Of a stretch of DNA of 64,000 nucleotides, positions 57,313 to 64,000 are shown piece after piece. Each line of letters begins with the position of its first letter. The first letter of the stretch is position 1. The notes under the pieces were generated by a model that was not told the DNA's origin, did no database searches, and worked only from the letters and a program-made list of their open reading frames with translations. The stretch is from a virus. Location of the stretch: the IMG/VR virus record IMGVR_UViG_3300036861_000477, one strand, 5' to 3'. The position numbers and the translations under genes are program-made.

Positions 57313-57866
57313 CGTGAGAGCCTCGGCTCGGGTGAGTTCGGAAAATCACGCTCCGCCGGCAACATCGCGAGCGCGTACACATCGTGTGCTTCGGCGTTGT
57401 ACTCAACCTCGACCGCGTCGAAGTACTTATCCAGCGTCCATCGCAAGTCGTCCGGTGACACGTTGGCATACCACTCACCCGGCGGAACGACGTGATTACC
57501 GCTCGCATCGTGCGCCGGACGCCCAAATGAGGCGCACGTGGAGATGAACACACCTGGACCTGCTGGGTCGAGGTGGTACCACATGGTTTTGATGATGTCC
57601 TGCCAGCGCTCCGCGTGCTCGAACAGTTCGGTGGCAATGACGATATCATACCGTTCATCGGAGCGCCACTCGGCGGCATCGGCGACGATGTCCACATCAG
57701 GCCCCTGGCGCAGATCGAGCCCGGTCCACTTCGTGTTGGGTAGCTCGACGCGAACGGTGCCGTTCACATTGCGACCGCCGACGTCCAGTCCGTTGAGTGG
57801 CGCAAGACGATCGATGCCGGACTTTTCAAGCAGCCGTCGAAATCCCATGTATGCTGCAGCGTGCAC
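57309..57866 (-). CDS. Class I SAM-dependent methyltransferase
   Basis: LDVGG, GLD...G..VDIV.DA and ELFEH. Confidence 0.85.
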   Translation of the reverse strand: MHAAAYMGFRRLLEKSGIDRLAPLNGLDVGGRNVNGTVRVELPNTKWTGLDLRQGPDVDIVADAAEWRSDERYDIVIATELFEHAERWQDIIKTMWYHLDPAGPGVFISTCASFGRPAHDASGNHVVPPGEWYANVSPDDLRWTLDKYFDAVEVEYNAEAHDVYALAMLPAERDFPNSPEPRLSR

Positions 57867-57915
57867 GTCTTATCCCTTCGTGGTAAGCGAGACAGCTACA
57901 CTATACTGGGTGAAG

Positions 57916-58599
57916 TCACCAAACCTCTTGTGCTGTGTATGACATCCAATCGGTCGCGTCCGTCGTCATCGTACCCGTGCCGCTCTCTCTAAGCCAGAGT
58001 GGCTGGAATGTATAGGTACCGGCGCCATCACCACCGTTTAAAGCATCAGGGATGAGAAGAAAACCGGTGGCCGTCGCGTGAACCGTGTTGAAGACGAACT
58101 TAGTGATGTCATACGTGCCACCGCCGCCTAAGAGCTGCACACCAAACTTTGTGACCGTACCGTTCACCGTCGTGAAAGCCGTTACTGCAAAGTCGAAGCG
58201 AATCTTTGTTTCGTCGAACTTCTTAGTGAAGGCTTTAGTAAGACCCGCACCACCTAGGTTAGTATATGACGCAGATGTAGTCGTATCGGCACCGATGGAC
58301 CCGTTGACGTTGTACGTAAGAAACGACTGCTCGAGCGTGATACCCGTCGTGCCGATGATGTAGCAGCCCTGGGGTGGAACGATGAGCACCATGACTCGTT
58401 GATCGGCACCGATGTTGCCGATGAGACTTTGCGCGCGACTGGGCTGTGTGTCACCGTCGAGAACGACGAACACATTGGTGGGAAAGCTGTTCGCTGTGAC
58501 GGTTCCGGGCACAAGTCGCCACGTAAGACCAAGCCGAGTCGCGTTGTCTACGATCGCTGCGGTGCCCGCGCCAAAGATGCCTGAGACGTCGCCACTCAT
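57916..58599 (-). CDS. Minor tail protein
   Basis: Coupled to upstream tail genes; N-terminal OB-like GTVT...V.LDGD followed by a beta-rich C-terminus. Confidence 0.6.
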   Translation of the reverse strand: MSGDVSGIFGAGTAAIVDNATRLGLTWRLVPGTVTANSFPTNVFVVLDGDTQPSRAQSLIGNIGADQRVMVLIVPPQGCYIIGTTGITLEQSFLTYNVNGSIGADTTTSASYTNLGGAGLTKAFTKKFDETKIRFDFAVTAFTTVNGTVTKFGVQLLGGGGTYDITKFVFNTVHATATGFLLIPDALNGGDGAGTYTFQPLWLRESGTGTMTTDATDWMSYTAQEVW

Positions 58600-59696
58600 G
58601 AGTAGGCCTTTCGCATGACGTGTCCCATCGCGGCACCTTCAGTAAGCGGAAGTGTCCACGCCAGCTCGAGCCAGTTCTCACCCTGCCAGACAATGACATC
58701 GTATGAATCATGGCGCGGATCCGGCACCGTTGCCAACTCAACACGCTCAAGCACCGTCTGGCGCAGGGCTAAATTCTTGGCGATCGCAGCAATCTGCGCC
58801 TGAGTGTTCACTTGACGTTCAATGACACTCGGAATTACAAACCCACGGTTCTCGATTGAGTGAGGTGCAGTGATTGGTACATCCGCGCGACCGACGGTGG
58901 GTGTTGCTGCCGTGTCCTCAGTGGCTGCACCGTTTGAGACGACGATGAATCGATTAGGTGCAGTGAGTAGATCATCCGTCTCAATGATGCTATCACGAAT
59001 GACGCGATTACCCACGTCGAGATCGAACGTCGGAACGGCGGTCGCCGGATCGAACGCACGGATGAAGTGCATGTGAGTATCATTACCAAACCATGGTGAA
59101 AACCAGTCGCCATCCAGTGCCATCTGTTCAATGATCTGGCCTCGTGTCGTTCCGGCGTTCCACGCACCGATGGTGTAATACTGTGTAGGCTCGATCTCTA
59201 ATGTGACAGCAATGTTCACAAGTAGCCGACGAATTGCCTTGTCACAATTAGCAAATGATGCCGGAGACCCGATGTTCACGGCGATCTGTGGTGAGAACGC
59301 GGTTTCAATCTGCTGATCCACCATGAACATCTCGTCGTACAGTGTCGCATTCGTGATGCGCCCATTCGAGTAAAAGAGACGTGCGCGGTCCGCGAACATG
59401 TAGCGACCCAGTGGGTACTGCACACCACCCAAGATCATATAGACGAGAATGCGTGACTGGATGACGTTGACGATGGCGGTGTCCGCAACACCCAGTGTGA
59501 GACCGGTGATCTGTCGCTTGATCGTTCGACTCGTGTCGTGTGACAGTGTTGGCACGGTGTCCCGAAGTGGGTGGATGTCGATCGGTGACTGCGCGCCGAT
59601 CTCGTTGATGAGCACGAAGCGGAATGTGGCCGCACGCTGTCCCACGTAGTCCGGCATATCCAGCGCTACGAGTGCCTCCGTGGTAAGCAGCGACAC
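58596..59696 (-). CDS. Minor tail (hub-like) protein
   Basis: YPLGRYMF, PNRF.V and P.PRH.SYD patterns; synteny. Confidence 0.7.
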   Translation of the reverse strand: MSLLTTEALVALDMPDYVGQRAATFRFVLINEIGAQSPIDIHPLRDTVPTLSHDTSRTIKRQITGLTLGVADTAIVNVIQSRILVYMILGGVQYPLGRYMFADRARLFYSNGRITNATLYDEMFMVDQQIETAFSPQIAVNIGSPASFANCDKAIRRLLVNIAVTLEIEPTQYYTIGAWNAGTTRGQIIEQMALDGDWFSPWFGNDTHMHFIRAFDPATAVPTFDLDVGNRVIRDSIIETDDLLTAPNRFIVVSNGAATEDTAATPTVGRADVPITAPHSIENRGFVIPSVIERQVNTQAQIAAIAKNLALRQTVLERVELATVPDPRHDSYDVIVWQGENWLELAWTLPLTEGAAMGHVMRKAYS

Positions 59697-59704
59697 ATTA
59701 CCTC

Positions 59705-62700
59705 CTACGTCACAGGTGCCGCTTCATCAGCGACTTCGGTAACTCTAATCTGTGCGAGGTAGAGTCGTCGATTGCGCTTCGTCTCGCCGGCAGGGACGAG
59801 CACGTTCGCGAACCAACGGTTACCGAGCTCGTCACGCACGCAGACGTACGGCAGGTCATCCCACGCAAGATCACGAAGTCCCTTAAAGTCCGCCAGGCTT
59901 GGCACGGCAATGGCAGCGGCCTGCACGAGGATCACACGGTCAAACGTCTCACCACCTCGCTCCAGTGGGCGGAACGCGACCTGGAAGTCACGACCGTACA
60001 TCCGCTGGAACACCTGGGTGTCCGCCTCAGGGAAGACGAACGTCTCGACAGGGTTACCCTGCCACGACATCGGATACGCGAGACTGCTGTTCGGCGCCTG
60101 ATTCGACGTAAAGATCAAGACACTGTTGCCACTGCCGGTGGTGGTCACTCCCGGACTCGGCAGCGTAGCGGCCCCAGTCACCCAGGGACCAGCGAAACCG
60201 AGCGCGTCGACGGATCGAACACGGTAGCGAGATTGCATCCCTACGCGTGCCTCATAGTCGGCGAACGAGAGTGAGCAGAGGTCCGCCGTCTTAAGCACGG
60301 TCTGCCAGTCGGTCAAGTCGTCGGAACGCTGGACCTCGATGCCGCCCTCCCACAGGTTGGCGGCCACGGCGTAGAAGTTGTCCCAGTTGACGAGAACCGG
60401 TAGCGGGTTGGTGTTGCCGGCGTTCAGAGCGGCACCGAAACCGACACGAGTACTGGTTGTAAGTGATGTGTCTGTCACGGTGAGCATCCACGAACTTGGT
60501 GGGGTGATCTTCCACGCGCGAGCCATGATCGTGCTGCCGACGACGCGAATCTCGGTGGTGAACTTGTCACCTACCGTGAACGAGTCGAAGCCGATCACGG
60601 TGGCGAGTTGAGTGAAGACACCGCCCACGAACTTGCCGATTAAGAGGTTAACGAGCAGTGTTCCACCCGGCTGAAAATCCAGCTGGGCGAAGTAGTAGTT
60701 GCTACCGTCCGTAAAGCGGGCCGTCACTTTGTGAATGACGGATCCTACGAACGGGAAGACGGTGATCGTGGACTCAGCCCGGGCGTACTGGTCCGTCGCA
60801 CCGACGTCGATAGTCGCGTAGCGGAAGACACCAACGGATCCGAGCGACATAACCGCTTCGTGACCGGTCAGGTAGTAGTCGATGCCAACCGTGCCACCAC
60901 TGAGCGTCCACGGCTGTCCCGTCGGCGCGACGCCGTACGACCCGGTGACGGCGGCACGCTCGAAGTCATCGCACACCGCAAGCGCGCTCCACGAGAGGGT
61001 GTTGTAGCCGATCGCGGAGGGTACGCAGCCAGCCGGTACGCCGCACTCCGTTGCCACCCCGGTAAGAGCCTGAGAGCCCGTACCGACGACGAATCCGGTC
61101 ACCAGCGGCGCGTCCTGCGCCAGCATGACCGTGAGATCCGCCTGCGCGTCGGTAGCGGTGGCAGTGGCCGAGGTCGCGTTCCACTGCGCGTTAACGGTCG
61201 CGCCGTTCGGCGGGTCATAACCGGCGGTGTTCGACGCTGGATTGGCGCCAAGTGGCACCAGGGCAGCCGCACCGAGGATCTGGTACTGCCCACCGATCGG
61301 TGCGCCGAGTGCGTTCCAGTCGATGTTGAAGTTGGCACCACCGGTGACCAAGATGGGCGCACCGAGGGTAAGCGTGACTTCCTTCCAGCCGTCGATGACC
61401 TCGGGCAGTGCGTCGAGTTCATCGGGCGTGATGGTGGCGACCTGCGTCGCGGAGTTCGCTAGGCCGACCTTTAGCGGAATGGTGTTCGCTCCGCTGAAGC
61501 GGCGCGCGTAGAACCTCACCTGGGTAAACGGAACACTTGTTGCCACGCTGCCACGAGGTGCTACGACCTGACGAGCGTAGACACTGTTGCTGAACACACC
61601 GGCCGCTACCTGTGCACCGTACGTGTGTGACGCCGTCGCGAGGCTGCCACTGGTGTAGATGCCGATGTCCGGGATGACGAAGTCTTCCTCCAGCGTGAAG
61701 TCATCACCGACCGTCGTGGTCTCGGTGATCGTTCGGCCGACGACCGGTTGCAGTGTGTTGGGTTCTCGGATCGCGGCGTGAACGGGTGCGCCGGTCGTGG
61801 CAGGCTGGTTGCCCAGGCTGCGACGTGACGCGACTACGACGTAGTTTCCCGGACCGATCGACGTTGAACCCAGCGCCAGTGCCGTGTTTCGCAGCTGGAC
61901 CAGGTTGAGTCCCTTGACGAACTGGTTCTGCGGAAAGCCCGCCGTCATGATGCGACGACCACCGTGGAGAACTCGCTGTTCCTCACAGTAGAAGATCTCC
62001 AGCGCGCAGTAACCGACTCGCACGGCACCCAGGCCTAGACCGTTGAGCGTGCCCGTGAGCATGACGCGGTAGACGTTGGTCGCCGTGTCGAAGTCGAACA
62101 GCGTGGTGCCAAGCCAGGGGTAGATGGCGCTGCCGTTAAGTTCGTCCGTGTTGGCCGCCCAGAACGGGTTCAACTCGGTGAAGTCAACGTGGCCGAAGTT
62201 GGTGACGAACGCGAAGTCACCGACCGCACCCTCCAAGCCGTTCTGGTAGGTGAACTTGGACGCGCGGTTGACCGACCGAATGATGGACACGTCAATCTGC
62301 GCGAGGGCGCTTACGCCGGACACCGCCATGGCGGTGTAGATCAGTCGCACGTCTACGATGCGCTTACCCGAGAGCTGGGCGTTGACCGCTGACGTGTTGA
62401 AGTTGATCCCGATGGCATCGGTCAGCGCCTGCGCGGACGACGTGAACTCGATGTACGCGTTGTCGGTGGGGACGGTCAGCGCGGTGTAGTCACCCGTGGT
62501 GGACGTGACCTGCGCGCCGGTGATCGAGATGGCCATCGCGGGCACCACAACCGAACGGATCGGTCCCGAGTCTCCAGCGTGCAGCTCGGGGTAGATGCTG
62601 ATGAACTCGACCACGTTGTTCAGCTGCGACGACGGTAGATCGGCGACACCGATGTGCCCGGACACCGGCGTGATGGACGTGTCCAACCGCACGACGTAGC

Positions 62701-62794
62701 CGCGCTCGGTGACGGTGTCGGGCGTGTAGTCCGCCTGCCGAACCGGTGCCCACTCCATGCCGATCACGTGCGGTGAGTGCGGGTTGTAGTCCAT
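59705..62794 (-). CDS. Large minor tail protein, copy A-prime
   Basis: 1029 aa; colinear paralog of 1..1668; beta-rich lectin-like insert; Dit-like C-terminus. Confidence 0.8.
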   Translation of the reverse strand: MDYNPHSPHVIGMEWAPVRQADYTPDTVTERGYVVRLDTSITPVSGHIGVADLPSSQLNNVVEFISIYPELHAGDSGPIRSVVVPAMAISITGAQVTSTTGDYTALTVPTDNAYIEFTSSAQALTDAIGINFNTSAVNAQLSGKRIVDVRLIYTAMAVSGVSALAQIDVSIIRSVNRASKFTYQNGLEGAVGDFAFVTNFGHVDFTELNPFWAANTDELNGSAIYPWLGTTLFDFDTATNVYRVMLTGTLNGLGLGAVRVGYCALEIFYCEEQRVLHGGRRIMTAGFPQNQFVKGLNLVQLRNTALALGSTSIGPGNYVVVASRRSLGNQPATTGAPVHAAIREPNTLQPVVGRTITETTTVGDDFTLEEDFVIPDIGIYTSGSLATASHTYGAQVAAGVFSNSVYARQVVAPRGSVATSVPFTQVRFYARRFSGANTIPLKVGLANSATQVATITPDELDALPEVIDGWKEVTLTLGAPILVTGGANFNIDWNALGAPIGGQYQILGAAALVPLGANPASNTAGYDPPNGATVNAQWNATSATATATDAQADLTVMLAQDAPLVTGFVVGTGSQALTGVATECGVPAGCVPSAIGYNTLSWSALAVCDDFERAAVTGSYGVAPTGQPWTLSGGTVGIDYYLTGHEAVMSLGSVGVFRYATIDVGATDQYARAESTITVFPFVGSVIHKVTARFTDGSNYYFAQLDFQPGGTLLVNLLIGKFVGGVFTQLATVIGFDSFTVGDKFTTEIRVVGSTIMARAWKITPPSSWMLTVTDTSLTTSTRVGFGAALNAGNTNPLPVLVNWDNFYAVAANLWEGGIEVQRSDDLTDWQTVLKTADLCSLSFADYEARVGMQSRYRVRSVDALGFAGPWVTGAATLPSPGVTTTGSGNSVLIFTSNQAPNSSLAYPMSWQGNPVETFVFPEADTQVFQRMYGRDFQVAFRPLERGGETFDRVILVQAAAIAVPSLADFKGLRDLAWDDLPYVCVRDELGNRWFANVLVPAGETKRNRRLYLAQIRVTEVADEAAPVT

Positions 62795-62958
62795 GACCCT
62801 AATCTATCACTGTGGATGTTTTCACCACTGGACCTGCACAAACGTGGGCCCAGCTGGTTTACATATGTCACGCCTCCCGATTCAATTGACTCACGGCCGT
62901 CCACACAGGACGGTCAACGACAACGACAAAGACAGAGACGATGACAGGGAGAACGACG

Positions 62959-63498
62959 ATGACCAAGGCCAAGACCAAGACCACACTCGACGAGCCCAAC
63001 CCGATCGCGACCGAACCCGCGACCGAACCCGAGGTCAAGCGGCCCAACCCCGCCGCAGTCCGCCAGTGGCGCGAGTCGCTGGAGGTCTCGCGCGTCGCGC
63101 TGGCCGACATGACCGGCCTGCCGCTCAGCCGGATCTGGGCCGCCGAGCAACCGGACAAGACCGTCACCGACGAGCACCGTGCACTGATCATCGGCGCGCT
63201 GGACGGCGTCGAGAAGAACGGCTTGCCCGAGAAGTACCAGCGACCGAAGGCGGAAGCCCAGGCCAAGGCGTCCAAGCCGAAGCAGCCGACGAAGGCGGCA
63301 CTGGAGGAGCGGCTGAGGCTCGTCGTGGAAACACTCGCGACGACCGCCGAGAAGAAGACGCTCAAGGAGCTGCGCGAGGTGATCGAGCAGGCGAGCCGGT
63401 TCGCCAGCGGGTGGCCGGACGGTCAGCCCAGCTTCGAGCTGGCCGCCGACGAGAGCGCACCTGCCGTCGTGGTCGACGCCCCGGTGATCGATGTCTAA
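62959..63498 (+). CDS. XRE-like HTH protein
   Basis: VRQWRESLEVSRVALADMTGLPLSRIWAAE pattern. Confidence 0.65.
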   Translation: MTKAKTKTTLDEPNPIATEPATEPEVKRPNPAAVRQWRESLEVSRVALADMTGLPLSRIWAAEQPDKTVTDEHRALIIGALDGVEKNGLPEKYQRPKAEAQAKASKPKQPTKAALEERLRLVVETLATTAEKKTLKELREVIEQASRFASGWPDGQPSFELAADESAPAVVVDAPVIDV

Positions 63499-63515
63499 GT
63501 CTTCACAGCCATCAC

Positions 63516-63549
63516 AGCGAGGGAGCGGTCATTTGACCGCTCCCTCGCT
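63516..63549. terminator. Bidirectional terminator
   Basis: Perfect 15-bp stem AGCGAGGGAGCGGTC-attt-GACCGCTCCCTCGCT between convergent genes. Confidence 0.8.
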
Positions 63550-63566
63550 TTCGTTGGGGTCACTAT

Positions 63567-64000
63567 TTAGCTGCTTCGCGCGTAGTGGTGCACGCTACCC
63601 AGTGTCCAGGGTTGCCCGGTTCGTGTGCGGTACCCGCGTTCGTTGAGTTCGCTCGTGATGGTGTCGATGGTTGCTCCCTCACGCACGCGCTGGGTGATGT
63701 ACATCGTTGCCCGCCACTCGCTGGTAGCCGCCTGGCCGGCCGTTTCCTCGGGTTCGTCGGTGATACGAGTAAGTAGGCGCTGGACCTGCACCGGCTGCCA
63801 GACGCTCTCCTTGCCAGACAGCAGTGGGTAGCCCTTGCGCGTCAAGTGGCGCGCGATGTACGAGGTCGAGTGACCACGAGCGTGGAGCGTCTCGACGACG
63901 TGCGCGAGATCGGCTGGCACGGGCGTCGGCTTCGGCCCCGGCTTGATGCCGTGATTCTTCTTCGCTGCCGCGAGCGCGACCTTGATTCGCTCGGAGATGA
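63567..64000 (-). CDS. Serine recombinase, C-terminal part (truncated by window end)
   Basis: The frame stays open to the edge: ISERIKVALAAAKKNHGIKPGPKP (resolvase helix E and linker), then two recombinase-type modules (IARHLTRKGY...W and ITSELNERGYRTRTGQPW). Confidence 0.7.
   Translation of the reverse strand, partial: ISERIKVALAAAKKNHGIKPGPKPTPVPADLAHVVETLHARGHSTSYIARHLTRKGYPLLSGKESVWQPVQVQRLLTRITDEPEETAGQAATSEWRATMYITQRVREGATIDTITSELNERGYRTRTGQPWTLGSVHHYARSS

Noticed and set aside
59705-62794. Diversity-generating retroelement (TR/VR) explanation for the paralogs
   Set aside because: No reverse transcriptase in the window, and differences are not adenine-specific.
63567-64000. Calling this the prophage integrase with an att site
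   Set aside because: The catalytic domain is outside the window, and no att core or host flank is visible.

Overview
The window is most of a tailed actinobacteriophage genome (siphovirus-like, with head and tail genes resembling the mycobacteriophage cluster B type), apparently circularly permuted or cut at both ends. Minus strand 1-31.5 kb: tail, head, portal and terminase genes, a run of small promoter-led early genes, an ORF-poor ncRNA island, a terS candidate, a putative origin, and primase/helicase. Plus strand 31.6-54.1 kb: tRNA-Met, a tRNA-like RNA, nucleotide metabolism, family A DNA polymerase, recombination genes, a glycosylation/methylation block, a lysis cassette and WhiB. Minus strand 54.2-64 kb: a glycosyltransferase cluster, a second tail cassette, and a truncated serine recombinase. 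Best candidates for new biology: (1) a cytosine DNA hypermodification pathway combining a dCMP-type thymidylate-synthase homolog, a kinase-UDG-like fusion and a dCTPase with a T4 beta-glucosyltransferase-like enzyme coupled to a plant RGP/UDP-arabinopyranose-mutase-like protein and a C5-methyltransferase with an altered cofactor pocket; (2) two tRNA-like RNAs with rebuilt anticodon domains that both carry the alanine identity elements G3-U70 and A73; (3) two diverged paralogs of the large tail protein, one beside a serine recombinase; (4) a MuF head protein fused to an Acb1-like 2H phosphoesterase and an ADP-ribosyltransferase. Family assignments come from motifs read by eye and reference sequences recalled from memory; no searches were run.
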